Shown piece by piece: positions 35,688 to 46,115 of a stretch of DNA of 54,934 nt. Position numbers and translations under genes: made by a program. Position 1 is the stretch's first letter. Each line of letters begins with the position of its first letter. Source of the stretch: a virus (Duplodnaviria > Caudoviricetes); IMG/VR virus record IMGVR_UViG_3300029263_001128, positions 1 through 54,934 of that record; one strand, 5' to 3'. The notes beneath the pieces were generated by a model. That model did no database searches. It saw only the letters and a program-made list of their open reading frames with translations, and was not told the origin of the DNA.

Positions 35688-37749
35688 AAGCAGAAAAGTC
35701 AAAAAAATAAAGTCTTTCTTAAAAGACAAGTTAAACCTGAGAAACAATGTTTACTTATTTGAAATAAACGATGTCCTCGCTAATCAAGCCAAGCTCCCTT
35801 ACAGTGTTGGGCTGATTTGGTCCTATTGCTCTGCAAGACTCCCAATCAGCGACAACTACCAGCTAGCAGAAGTGATCTGGTGGAGACAGCCAACAGAAGA
35901 AATTCTAAGCAAGATGAAAGATCCATCTGTTGTAGGTTTCAGTTGTTTCGTTTGGAATTGGAATAACAATGTTGAAATAGCAAAAAAAATTAAAGAGCGC
36001 TGGCCAAATTGTTTGATAGTCTTTGGAGGCTGGCAGGTCCCTATGTCTGATAGAATACAAGGATTTTTTGAAAAGTATCCGTTTGTCGATATCGCAGTTC
36101 ATGGAGAGGGCGAAATCACTTTCGCTGAAATACTTGAAGAAAATCTAAAAGACTCACCCGTTTGGGAAAGTGTCAAAGGATGTTCGGTTCCTTATCGTAT
36201 GGTGACGGATAAGAGTTCTAAAAATAGAATCATCAAAGATGGCCTGAAAGTAGAGAAAGAATTTGAAAACCCTTCTTATCATGATTTAACAACCTACACG
36301 GCTTTACCGCGACCAAGAATTGAAGACATCTCTATAATGCCAAGTCCTTACTTGGATGGTTTATTCGATAAACTTATTATTAACTGCGAGCACAACCTAG
36401 AGGCTACCTTTGAGACAACCCGAGGTTGCCCCTACTCCTGCACATATTGTGAAATAGGGACAAAGTATTACCAGAAAATCAAAACTCATAAATTAGATAA
36501 GATATACGCTGAAATTGATTGGATGGCCGACAACGAAGTGGTTTTTGTTTACAACGCAGATTCAAATTTTGGGATGATAAAGAACCACATAGACATAACA
36601 AAATATTTGGTTCACAATAAAAAGACTAAAGGATACCCGCAGAAGCATAGGTGCGACTGGTCTAAGAATCAAGCGGACAAGGTCATAGAACTAGCTAAGA
36701 TATTCTATGAAGCTGAGATGGACAAAGGCATTACAATCGCGGTCCAATCTATGAACCCCAAGGTGCTGAAAGCAGTAAAAAGAAAAAATGTTGATGATGG
36801 AAAGTTAGAGGAATTTATCGCTATGTACGAAGGGACTGGCTTACCCTCCTATGTAGAATTAATCCTGGGCTTGCCAGAGGAGACACGAGAATCTTTTATT
36901 GATGGAATATGTGAGGTCATAGAGTTGGGACAGCACAATTACATTGGAATTTACCCACTGACTGCTCTCCCAAACACCCCTTTCGGAGACCCAGAGTACA
37001 TAGAAAAATATAACTTAGAAATTGTAGAGACTTTCCCAGCTTTCAGTCATGTTGATATTAGTGAAATAAATGATTTTGAGAGAGAACACATGGTAGTGTC
37101 TTCCACAACAATGACCAAAGAGGGCTATAAGGATTGCACTGTTTATCGCTGGATGTTTATGTTTGGACACTATCTCGGAACTGTTCAGTTTGTTTCTAGA
37201 TTCCTAAATAATGCATATGAAATTGGATTTAGAGATTTCTACATGAACTTGATGTCCTACATGGAAGAAAAGCAAGGAGAAGGGTTTATAGGACAACAGT
37301 ATTCAAAGACAGAGAAAGCGCTTTCTGGAGTTCTAATAGCTGAGTCCCCTTGGGGAAGGGTTGTTCCTGAAATTAGAGAGAATTTTGCTTGGGATTTCGA
37401 AGAAGCCACGGTGCTTGAGATCATGAGGAACAAAGAAATTTTCTACGCAGAAATCAAAGACTTTGTTCTTTCTAACTATCAAATCTCAGAAGATGTCTTG
37501 GACGAGGCTTTAAAGTACCAGCAGGCAGCAATCTTGAATCCAGACTTAAACTACCCTATAATCGAAGAATTCAAATACAACATACATGATGTTATTCATA
37601 ACAAAGGCCACTTGGCCCATGTGGAGCAAAACTTGCAGTTTGAAGCAAAAAACTATAATGGAGACTTTTATGAATATGGTAAAGAGACGTTGTGGTGGGG
37701 TAGAAGAGTGGCAGCTTATAAAAACAAGGTAACTATTATAGATGGATAG
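35617..37749 (+). CDS. B12-binding radical SAM enzyme
   Basis: VGFSCFVWN, VFGG, GEGE, ETTRGCPYSCTYC; start uncertain (TTG 35668 plausible). Confidence 0.9.
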   Translation: MEAEANLMTILQNIKFFLKKRLARSRKVKKIKSFLKDKLNLRNNVYLFEINDVLANQAKLPYSVGLIWSYCSARLPISDNYQLAEVIWWRQPTEEILSKMKDPSVVGFSCFVWNWNNNVEIAKKIKERWPNCLIVFGGWQVPMSDRIQGFFEKYPFVDIAVHGEGEITFAEILEENLKDSPVWESVKGCSVPYRMVTDKSSKNRIIKDGLKVEKEFENPSYHDLTTYTALPRPRIEDISIMPSPYLDGLFDKLIINCEHNLEATFETTRGCPYSCTYCEIGTKYYQKIKTHKLDKIYAEIDWMADNEVVFVYNADSNFGMIKNHIDITKYLVHNKKTKGYPQKHRCDWSKNQADKVIELAKIFYEAEMDKGITIAVQSMNPKVLKAVKRKNVDDGKLEEFIAMYEGTGLPSYVELILGLPEETRESFIDGICEVIELGQHNYIGIYPLTALPNTPFGDPEYIEKYNLEIVETFPAFSHVDISEINDFEREHMVVSSTTMTKEGYKDCTVYRWMFMFGHYLGTVQFVSRFLNNAYEIGFRDFYMNLMSYMEEKQGEGFIGQQYSKTEKALSGVLIAESPWGRVVPEIRENFAWDFEEATVLEIMRNKEIFYAEIKDFVLSNYQISEDVLDEALKYQQAAILNPDLNYPIIEEFKYNIHDVIHNKGHLAHVEQNLQFEAKNYNGDFYEYGKETLWWGRRVAAYKNKVTIIDG

Positions 37750-38170
37750 CAAATGGGAATGGGAAACCGCACATTTGACCCCTGGTGCAGGAATAATCTT
37801 ATTGCGTAAATTTAGCAATGACTGGATGGTTCTAGGACTATGGAAGAGCGGCGGCTATGATATAACCAAAGGTCATGTTGAAGACGGCGATGGTTATTTG
37901 GAGACGGCAATCCGAGAGGCTTTTGAGGAAGCAAATATAGATAAGATAGATTTTTGCTATGGGCACAAATACTACACCGCCGATTATTTAAGAATTTTCT
38001 TGGCTACCACCGAACAAGATGTTATAATAAAAGAGAACATAGATGGTTTCAAAGAGCATGATAACTACTCCTGGCTTACTTTAGAGGAAATGGAAAAACA
38101 AACCTATGATTATCTAAAGCCTGCCATAAGATGGGCAAAAAAGGAACTTCTTAATGGAAATAAAATTTAG
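37742..38170 (+). CDS. NUDIX hydrolase
   Basis: KGHVEDGDGYLETAIREAFEEA Nudix box. Confidence 0.9.
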   Translation: MDSKWEWETAHLTPGAGIILLRKFSNDWMVLGLWKSGGYDITKGHVEDGDGYLETAIREAFEEANIDKIDFCYGHKYYTADYLRIFLATTEQDVIIKENIDGFKEHDNYSWLTLEEMEKQTYDYLKPAIRWAKKELLNGNKI

Positions 38171-39023
38171 CGACTTAATAAATAGACACAACGGTAATCC
38201 CGCTGTTATAACTTTATATGGTCCGTCATTGAACATCCACAAGGACAGGATTATCGAGCTACATAACAGGCAAGATATCTTAAGATTTTCTGTAAACAAT
38301 TGGTATGACTATTTTGACACCCAGCCAGATTATTGGATTCTGTCAAACTCTGAGCCTCGGTTTCTTATGAAAAATCTCATTCCATTTATAAAAGACAGAC
38401 AATTACCAGTGTTCTATTCAGATGACGGAGACTTTACGCCAAAAGAATTGATAAGAAATTCTCTGCAATCAGAATGGATGGCTTATGATCAGAGGCACTG
38501 GGAGGGCAAGGAGTGCAAACAAATTTTAAAAGAATTCAAGCAACATCATGATTCTAACAAAAACTTTAATTTCACCAAATTTGGTGAAAATGAAATTATG
38601 TGGCACCCACCTAGATGTTTTTCTATGTCGGGACACTCCCTAGATGGCCTGTGTTGTAAGCAAAATCTTCCTGCACGAATTCCTATTCAAGAACAATTAC
38701 AATCGCTCTGTGGTGTTGACAGACACTATAGCACAGGAGACACAGTTGCAGTTCATGCCATAGCTTTTGCGATAATCATGGGTTGCAATCCTATTTACGT
38801 TTCTGGATTAGATCTGGACTATTCCAGTGGCTATGCAAATCAAGATCAGGCAGACTGGGAACAAAAGGCCCAAGGTCCAAATGCTTGGGCTCCGGTGCGC
38901 AAAAATTTAGAAAACGATTTGAACATTTTAAACGAAAGTGCTGTTAAAAAAGGCATAGAAATTCTTAACTTGAATCCCAAACCATGGTATGATTCTTTTA
39001 AGCTGTCTGAATTTAATCTGTAG
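38154..39023 (+). CDS. DUF115/Maf-like putative nonulosonate transferase
   Basis: AVI..GPSL, SVNN, PDYW, TVA..AI.FAIIMGCNPIYVSGLD; adjacent to neuA/neuB. Confidence 0.6.
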   Translation: MEIKFSDLINRHNGNPAVITLYGPSLNIHKDRIIELHNRQDILRFSVNNWYDYFDTQPDYWILSNSEPRFLMKNLIPFIKDRQLPVFYSDDGDFTPKELIRNSLQSEWMAYDQRHWEGKECKQILKEFKQHHDSNKNFNFTKFGENEIMWHPPRCFSMSGHSLDGLCCKQNLPARIPIQEQLQSLCGVDRHYSTGDTVAVHAIAFAIIMGCNPIYVSGLDLDYSSGYANQDQADWEQKAQGPNAWAPVRKNLENDLNILNESAVKKGIEILNLNPKPWYDSFKLSEFNL

Positions 39024-39038
39024 CTCGGAAAACCATTC

Positions 39039-39737
39039 ATGAATGTTGATTTGCCGAAAGGCTGTATTGTAATTTTGGCTCGTGGCGGTAGTAAAGGGAT
39101 AGCCAACAAGAACATGATAGATGTTTTGGGCAATCCCTTAATTTATTACGTTCTGAGTGAGTCTCTGAAGCTTAACAAATTAGACGTTTTCGTGTCGTCA
39201 GATAGCAAAAAGATTTTGAATTTTTCAAAGTCCCTTGGTGCCAAGACAATTCTGAGACCGGAGGCTATATCAGGAGATTTATCACCCGACATTGAAGGCT
39301 TCAGGCATTTTTTCCAAAAGTTTGAGAACTATGATTACGCCATTCATCTTAGAGCGACTTTCCCTCTAATCACAGACAAAATAATTGATGATGCGAACTC
39401 GATATTTTTAGAAAACTATTCTGAATTCGATTCTCTCAGATCCATGATTCCGTCTAAGCAGAATCCATACAAAATGTGGCATGTTGATAGCGACTGTGCC
39501 GAAACAGTTATTGAAGGTAACACACTTCACAGTATGCCTAGACAGGTGATAGAAAAAACTTATATACAAAACGCCTGTATTGACATTACAAAAAGAAAAA
39601 GTGTGTTACAATTGAACAGCATGACAGGCAACAGATGTCGTCCATATCTGATGGATGGCTCCTATAACATAGACATAGACAACAAACAAGATTTGCAGGA
39701 GGCAATAGATGCTATACGTTTTCGAAATGGCGAATAA
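39039..39737 (+). CDS. neuA: acylneuraminate cytidylyltransferase
   Basis: ARGGSKGI.NKN, VSSDS, RP, DID...D. Confidence 0.88.
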   Translation: MNVDLPKGCIVILARGGSKGIANKNMIDVLGNPLIYYVLSESLKLNKLDVFVSSDSKKILNFSKSLGAKTILRPEAISGDLSPDIEGFRHFFQKFENYDYAIHLRATFPLITDKIIDDANSIFLENYSEFDSLRSMIPSKQNPYKMWHVDSDCAETVIEGNTLHSMPRQVIEKTYIQNACIDITKRKSVLQLNSMTGNRCRPYLMDGSYNIDIDNKQDLQEAIDAIRFRNGE

Positions 39738-41163
39738 TCACCAAGGTAGCTTGGAACACGCTTTAAGGATCATAGATGAATTCTCTCTTCTCGCCAAAAA
39801 GAATAAAATCAGTGCAGCGATAAAATTTCAATTTAGGCAACTGGACACATTCATTCATGATCATTATAAAAATTCTGATTTAAAATATGTGAAGAGGTTC
39901 AATAGCACCAAGATGTCACAAGAAGATTTTAGAAAGATGGCTGAGTATGCAAAAAGCAAATCACTTTTGACTATGGCAACACCTTTTGATAACGAATCTT
40001 TGCCTTGGATCAATCAGCTTGATATAGACATAGTAAAAATCGCTAGTTGCTCTTGCGATGATTGGCCTTTGCTGAATGAGGTGAGTAAAATAAACAGAAG
40101 AGTTATAATTTCTACTGCTGGCATAGAGTTCACAACTCTTGACAGAGTTTATAATTTGTTCAAGAATAATGGTCGCGATTTCTCTTTTATGCATTGTATT
40201 GGCGAATACCCGACACCTTTAGAAAATTCAAATCTAAAAAGAATTAAGACAATGCAGCAGAGGTATAAAGACATAAACATTGGCATCTCTACTCATGAAA
40301 GCCCAACTCAAAAATCAATTGTTCCTTACGCGGTTGCTATGGGGTGTAAGATAATTGAAAAACATGTCGGCGTTGAGACCGAAGAGATATCGTTAAATGC
40401 CTACTCTTGTACTGCAAAAGACATGCAAAAAGTAATTGATGAAGTTTCTTTTGTCCAAACAGCCACAGAAGGAGAATCAAGCACAGAGAAAGCTTCTTTA
40501 AGAAATCTCAAAAGAGGGATTTATCTAATAAATGATCTAGATGAAGATCAAATTATAAAAGAAGAACATCTTTATTATGCAATGCCCTTACAAGATGGAC
40601 AGGCTTCAACGGCTGAGATTAGGCAGGTAGTTGGCAGTAGAGCCCGATCAAGAATGACAAAGGATTCAATTGTTGAATTGTCGGGATGCTTTACAAATAG
40701 AGAGCTTGAGATAATGAATTCCATAAAAACTCAGACGTTTGCTGCCTTATCAAATTCCAAGATTGCTGTAGATAGGGACGAGGAAATTGAAATTTCTGCG
40801 CACTACGGGCTGGAGAGTTTCTCCAACACTGGTTGTGTTATCATCAATAAGATCAATAGAGCATATTGTAAGAAGCTAATAATTATGCAACCAAAGCAGG
40901 CTCACCCCATGCACCACCATGTGAAGAAAGAAGAGACATTTGAACTACTAAGTGGCGATTGTTCGATAAACTTAAACAATAAAATTGTAAAACTTAAGCT
41001 TGGCACGCCAGTTTTGATCCCGCGTGGTGTAGACCACTCATTCAGTTCCGAAAATGGCTGCGTGATTGAAGAAGTTTCTACAACACATTTCAAAGGAGAT
41101 TCAGTGTATGAAGATCCTGAGATTTTCAAGCTAAAGTTATCAGAAAGAAAGTTCTTTATTTGA
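39709..41163 (+). CDS. neuB: N-acetylneuraminate/nonulosonate synthase with SAF and C-terminal cupin
   Basis: EMANNHQG, KFQ, TPFD, KIAS, HC..YPT, IEKH; HP.HHH.KKEETF..HSF..EEVST cupin. Confidence 0.9.
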   Translation: MLYVFEMANNHQGSLEHALRIIDEFSLLAKKNKISAAIKFQFRQLDTFIHDHYKNSDLKYVKRFNSTKMSQEDFRKMAEYAKSKSLLTMATPFDNESLPWINQLDIDIVKIASCSCDDWPLLNEVSKINRRVIISTAGIEFTTLDRVYNLFKNNGRDFSFMHCIGEYPTPLENSNLKRIKTMQQRYKDINIGISTHESPTQKSIVPYAVAMGCKIIEKHVGVETEEISLNAYSCTAKDMQKVIDEVSFVQTATEGESSTEKASLRNLKRGIYLINDLDEDQIIKEEHLYYAMPLQDGQASTAEIRQVVGSRARSRMTKDSIVELSGCFTNRELEIMNSIKTQTFAALSNSKIAVDRDEEIEISAHYGLESFSNTGCVIINKINRAYCKKLIIMQPKQAHPMHHHVKKEETFELLSGDCSINLNNKIVKLKLGTPVLIPRGVDHSFSSENGCVIEEVSTTHFKGDSVYEDPEIFKLKLSERKFFI

Positions 41164-41167
41164 CACC

Positions 41168-41491
41168 ATGAAAGAAATAAAAACTTACATCGTTGACATC
41201 GATGGCACGATTTGTTCCCTTACGGAAGGGGATTATGCCACTGCTGTGCCAAAAGTTAAAAGAATTGACAAAATAAACAGATTATACGATTTGGGTCATA
41301 AAATAATCTATTGGACTGCAAGAGGAACTGTGACAGGTTTAGATTGGACAGAAATAACTTATAAACAAATGTCTGATTGGGGTGTAAAATACACAGAGTT
41401 GAAGCTCGGTAAACCACATTATGACTTTTTTATTTGTGACAAAGCGTTCAACTCAGAGAATTATTTTAATATAGAGGTAAATAATGATTAA
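41168..41491 (+). CDS. small HAD phosphatase
   Basis: VDIDGTI, WTAR, GKP..D..ICDK. Confidence 0.85.
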   Translation: MKEIKTYIVDIDGTICSLTEGDYATAVPKVKRIDKINRLYDLGHKIIYWTARGTVTGLDWTEITYKQMSDWGVKYTELKLGKPHYDFFICDKAFNSENYFNIEVNND

Positions 41492-42641
41492 ACTAGCAGA
41501 TAACATAATTGTAAAGCAAGATGTTGATGTTTTAACTAAGTGGCTCTCAGAGACAGATCATTACACCAAAGGACAAAAGACCATAGAATTTGAGAACCAA
41601 TGGTCTGAGTGGCAGGGATGCCAGTATTCTATTTTTGTAAATTCTGGTTCTTCTGCCAATTTGTTGGTGGTAGCAGGGCTTCTGTATTCTAACCGTTTGA
41701 AAAACAATAAGATTATCGTCCCTGCTGTCAGTTGGGTTACAACTGTTTCTCCGGCGATTATGTTAGGACTGGAACCGGTTTTGTGTGATGCAGACGAGAC
41801 AAATTTGGGTTTATCCGTTGAAGATTTTGAAGCTCTCTGTATAGAACACAATCCTGCTGCGGTAATGATGGTTCATGTTTTAGGCCACCCGAATCACATG
41901 ACCGAGATTATAAAAATTTGTGATAAATACAAAGTAATTTTGATAGAGGACACATGTGAAGCTCACGGAAGCACCTATGACGGAACTAAGTTGGGAAACT
42001 TTGGCATTGCTAGCACTTTTTCCTATTTCTATGGTCACCAAATGGCGACGGTTGAAGGAGGCATGGTTTGCACTAGCGATTATGAACTTTATAATGTGAT
42101 GCTGTCAATTCGCTCCCACGGATGGCTTAGAGACAATGACGAAGATTTTGCAAAAAGATGTTTAGACAAATATGAGATGCATGATGATTTCAACAAACAG
42201 TATTTCTTTGTCTACCCTGGCTTAAACATCAGGAACACAGACATAAATGCTGTAATAGGTCTTAGTCAAATTAAAAGAATCGATGATTATATAGCAAACA
42301 GAGATAGCAACTATAACTCTTACTGTTCACATTTAGACGGAAAAGTTTGGACTCAAAAAAGCGATAATGGAATTGTCTCATCTCTAGCTTTTGGCATAAT
42401 TGACAAAAATAAGAAAATAATAACCGATGAGTTGACTAAAAATGGAATTGAGTGCCGCCCACTAATTTGTGGATCTATTCAGGAACACCCATTTTGGCAC
42501 GAGAGATACCCGTCAAGAAACCTGCCTGTGGCTAAGAGGGTTCATGAATTTGGCTTTTACATCCCATGTCATCAAGATTTAAAACCAGAGCAAATAGAAT
42601 TTATTTCTAAAATAATTCTAGAAAATAGTATTGGAATTTAA
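41484..42641 (+). CDS. colD: GDP-4-keto-6-deoxymannose 3-dehydratase (ColD-like)
   Basis: DegT fold (NSGSSANL, IEDTCE) with His replacing catalytic Lys: FSYFYGHQMATVEGG; RSHGW. Confidence 0.75.
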   Translation: MIKLADNIIVKQDVDVLTKWLSETDHYTKGQKTIEFENQWSEWQGCQYSIFVNSGSSANLLVVAGLLYSNRLKNNKIIVPAVSWVTTVSPAIMLGLEPVLCDADETNLGLSVEDFEALCIEHNPAAVMMVHVLGHPNHMTEIIKICDKYKVILIEDTCEAHGSTYDGTKLGNFGIASTFSYFYGHQMATVEGGMVCTSDYELYNVMLSIRSHGWLRDNDEDFAKRCLDKYEMHDDFNKQYFFVYPGLNIRNTDINAVIGLSQIKRIDDYIANRDSNYNSYCSHLDGKVWTQKSDNGIVSSLAFGIIDKNKKIITDELTKNGIECRPLICGSIQEHPFWHERYPSRNLPVAKRVHEFGFYIPCHQDLKPEQIEFISKIILENSIGI

Positions 42642-43365
42642 AGACATGATAGATTTTGATGAAAAAATTATTGTGTTTGATAGTCTCTCCTACAATTTTA
42701 GACCTTTTATAGAAGATGTCTTCGATTGCGATGATCTGGAAAATATTCATAAAATCCACACCCATCTTTTGCCAGACTCCGAAACGCTATCAAAACCTTG
42801 GCCTCAAAACGAAAACACATCAAATTTTCATTCTATCTTTTACGAAAAATTGAATGAACCTTGGGAAGAGATAGTTGATTTATATGAAAGATTTATTGAC
42901 AATTGTGTTTCTGACTTAATAGAAGAAGACTTTTTGTATCAAAAGTTCCCAACCTTCAGAGTGCACCTACCAAACATGAAAGCTGTTACCAAGTGGCACT
43001 ACGACGCCGATAGAGATCATAGGCACCCACTCGGAGAGATAAACTTTATTTTACCGATCACCAAGATGTATAAGACAAATACAGTTTGGTGCGAAACCGC
43101 CCCGAATCGTCATGATTATTGCCCCATCGAGGCAAATAGTGACCAGTTTATAAAGTTTAACGGTAATAGACGCCACCATGGTAATAAAGAAAATAAAACA
43201 AATCAGACAAGATTCAGCCTTGATTTCAGAATTCTTCCGATCAAACACACACCAGCAAGGGGCTTATTCCCAGAAATATTTGGTTCTTCCGCTATAAAAA
43301 ATAAAAAATGGGAAGCCGGCGGCTATTACAACATGTTTAGAAAAAAAGGATTAGATAATGTATGA
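42631..43365 (+). CDS. StrG-like Fe(II)/2OG-type oxygenase
   Basis: YQKFPTFRV, WHYD, HP.GEINF, HGN..N, R.SLDFR. Confidence 0.7.
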   Translation: MEFKDMIDFDEKIIVFDSLSYNFRPFIEDVFDCDDLENIHKIHTHLLPDSETLSKPWPQNENTSNFHSIFYEKLNEPWEEIVDLYERFIDNCVSDLIEEDFLYQKFPTFRVHLPNMKAVTKWHYDADRDHRHPLGEINFILPITKMYKTNTVWCETAPNRHDYCPIEANSDQFIKFNGNRRHHGNKENKTNQTRFSLDFRILPIKHTPARGLFPEIFGSSAIKNKKWEAGGYYNMFRKKGLDNV

Positions 43366-44260
43366 AAAAGTTTGTGTAACAGGTGGTTCCGGTTTTGTTG
43401 GCAAAAATCTTAAAATTCAAAAACCTTCTTGGGTTTTTCTTTCCTCAATAGATTGTGATTTGACAGATTATCAGCAAGTAGTAGATTTCTTTCTCAAAGA
43501 AAGACCAGATGCAATTGTTCATTTGGCGGGAAGAGTGGGAGGCATCAAGGAAAATAAAGATAACCAAGCCGACTTTTATTATAAGAATTGTGCAATAAAT
43601 ACTAATGTTCTTCAAGCAGCACATCATTGCGGAATCAACAGGGTACTTTCATCGCTTAGCACTTGCGCTTTTCCTAACAAAGTTGAACATTATCCATTCT
43701 CAGAGGAAGATTTCTATTCAGGCCCACCGGCGCCGACAAACTTTTCTTATGGCATGACGAAGAGGATGCTGCAAGTAGGCTCGGTTGCTTACCGTGAACA
43801 ACATAACAGAAACTTCTCTACTTTTTGTCCATCTAACATTTATGGCCCTCATGACCACTTTGGTGAACAATCTTCACACTTTGTAGCCTCTTTGATAAAT
43901 AAGATGTACAATGCCAAGAATGGTGATACAATAGAATTATGGGGAACTGGAGCACCCCTTCGTCAACAACTATTTGTGCCTGATTTATGCCGTCTAATAC
44001 CAAGACTTTTAGATGAGCACAATAGCGCTCTGCCGCTGATTGTGGCCCCCAATGAGAACCTCTCGATCAAAGAGATGGCTCAGGCGCTAAGGGGGGAAGT
44101 TGTTAAAGAGGTTGATTTCACATTTAATGGAAAATTAGATGGTCAGTTTAGAAAAGATGGAAGCAATACATCTTTAAAAAACATTATTCCTGATGTAAAC
44201 TTTACAAAGTTTGCTGACGGCGTTAAAGAAACTTATCAATGGTTTGAGGAGAACAAATGA
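43358..44260 (+). CDS. fcl: GDP-L-fucose/colitose synthase (Fcl/ColC)
   Basis: [35 protein letters not shown]...R, DG..RK. Confidence 0.88.
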   Translation: MYEKVCVTGGSGFVGKNLKIQKPSWVFLSSIDCDLTDYQQVVDFFLKERPDAIVHLAGRVGGIKENKDNQADFYYKNCAINTNVLQAAHHCGINRVLSSLSTCAFPNKVEHYPFSEEDFYSGPPAPTNFSYGMTKRMLQVGSVAYREQHNRNFSTFCPSNIYGPHDHFGEQSSHFVASLINKMYNAKNGDTIELWGTGAPLRQQLFVPDLCRLIPRLLDEHNSALPLIVAPNENLSIKEMAQALRGEVVKEVDFTFNGKLDGQFRKDGSNTSLKNIIPDVNFTKFADGVKETYQWFEENK

Positions 44261-45228
44261 AGACAGCTTTTATAACTGGAATAACTGGCCAAGACGGCTC
44301 TTACTTAGCAGACCTGCTCCTATCTAAGGGATATAAGGTCGTCGGGCTCAAGAGAAGAACCTCTATAATCTCAACTGATCGAGTTGATCATCTATTCAAA
44401 AACATAAATTTTAGTTTAGAATACGGAAATTTGAATGATTCTGGTTGTTTACATAGACTGCTGATAAAACACAAGCCGGATGAAATCTATAACCTTGCAG
44501 CACAGTCTCATGTTAGAGTTTCTTTTGAGACACCTGAAGAGACAACTGATTTTGTTGCCATGGGCACGTTAAGGCTCTTGGAGGCCATGAGAAACTCATG
44601 CCCAGAGGCAAGATTTTATCAGGCATCATCATCAGAGATGTTTGGAGACAATCCAGAAAATCCACAAAATGAAGAAACTCGCTTAATGCCCGCATCCCCA
44701 TATGCTTGTGCTAAAGTTTATTCTCACAATATTTGTAGGAACTACAGAGAGTCATATAAGCTTCATATTTCAAGTGGAATCTTGTTTAATCACGAGTCTC
44801 CGCGACGAGGTGAAACATTTGTCACTCGTAAAATTACAATAGCGGCAGCACGAATAAAGCTCGGACTCCAAGATAAATTATTTCTTGGCAATCTTGAGGC
44901 CAAGAGAGATTGGGGGTTCGCAGGCGACTATGTCGAGGCCATGTGGCTCATGTTACAACAAGACACCCCAGATGATTATGTTGTAGCAACCGGGGAAACC
45001 CACACAGTGCGTGAATTTTTACAAGAAGTCTTTGACTATGCAAATTTGAATGTTGAAGATTATGTCGAGATAGATGAAAGGCTGTATCGGCCTCATGAGG
45101 TCCCTCTTTTATTGGGAGACCCTTCTAAGGCGAAACAAGAAATAGGCTGGACTCCAAAGATCAAATTCAAAGAGCTAGCCAAAATGATGTATGAAGAAGA
45201 TTATAAAAACCAAAAGGGAAAAAAATGA
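44257..45228 (+). CDS. gmd: GDP-mannose 4,6-dehydratase
   Basis: [54 protein letters not shown]. Confidence 0.97.
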   Translation: MKTAFITGITGQDGSYLADLLLSKGYKVVGLKRRTSIISTDRVDHLFKNINFSLEYGNLNDSGCLHRLLIKHKPDEIYNLAAQSHVRVSFETPEETTDFVAMGTLRLLEAMRNSCPEARFYQASSSEMFGDNPENPQNEETRLMPASPYACAKVYSHNICRNYRESYKLHISSGILFNHESPRRGETFVTRKITIAAARIKLGLQDKLFLGNLEAKRDWGFAGDYVEAMWLMLQQDTPDDYVVATGETHTVREFLQEVFDYANLNVEDYVEIDERLYRPHEVPLLLGDPSKAKQEIGWTPKIKFKELAKMMYEEDYKNQKGKK

Positions 45229-46097
45229 GAAAAGTTCTAGTAACTGGTGGTTGCGGATTTATCGGAAGTCACTTGGTTGAACTTTTATTGTCAAAAGGGG
45301 ACATCCAAGTCTTCGTCATTGATAATATGGATTCTGGAAGAATCGAGAATATTTTAAATAATGGAAAAGTAGAATATTTGTTTAAAGATGTCAGGCGTCT
45401 TCTTGAAGATAACAAACTAATAGAGAAACTGAATGGCGTAGAAACAATTTTTCACTTAGGCGCTCGCGCCAGAATACAGCCAAGTTTCGATGAACCAAGC
45501 GAGACGATAGACATAAATGCTCGCGGAACTTCTGTCGTTTGTGAACTGGCGCGCGTTTTAAGAGCCAAGGTGGTTTACGCCGGCTCAAGTTCATTTTATG
45601 GAGGAGTTTACCTAAACCCCTATAGTTTCACTAAATGGCAGGGCGAAGAGATTTGTAAAATGTACTCTGAAATTTATGGACTAAGCACCACCATAGCTAG
45701 ATTCTTTAATGTCTATGGCCCACGACACCCAGAATCTGGCCCTTACGGCACCGTGGTGGGTGTTTTTGAAAGGCAATATAAAAACAAAAACCCCCTAACC
45801 ATCACCGGGAATGGGGAACAAAGAAGAGATTTTACACACGTTTTAGACATTGTCTCTGGTCTGTACGCAATGTCTTTGGAAGAACACCACGGGGAAGTTT
45901 ATAACTTAGGAACAGGGATAAACCACTCAATTAACGAACTAGCGAAGCTTTACAACACTGAAATCGATTATTTGCCAGCACGACGCGGTGAGGCTTGGAC
46001 TACTTTAGCTGAGATTTCTAAGTCTTGTAAAGAGCTTAATTGGTTTCCAAAGCAAAAGCTTGAAGACTATGTTGAAGAATGGCTGGCTTGCCAATAA
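45225..46097 (+). CDS. NAD-dependent sugar epimerase/dehydratase
   Basis: [33 protein letters not shown]. Confidence 0.92.
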   Translation: MRKVLVTGGCGFIGSHLVELLLSKGDIQVFVIDNMDSGRIENILNNGKVEYLFKDVRRLLEDNKLIEKLNGVETIFHLGARARIQPSFDEPSETIDINARGTSVVCELARVLRAKVVYAGSSSFYGGVYLNPYSFTKWQGEEICKMYSEIYGLSTTIARFFNVYGPRHPESGPYGTVVGVFERQYKNKNPLTITGNGEQRRDFTHVLDIVSGLYAMSLEEHHGEVYNLGTGINHSINELAKLYNTEIDYLPARRGEAWTTLAEISKSCKELNWFPKQKLEDYVEEWLACQ

Positions 46098-46115
46098 CTT
46101 AAAGGGTTGAAAAGA

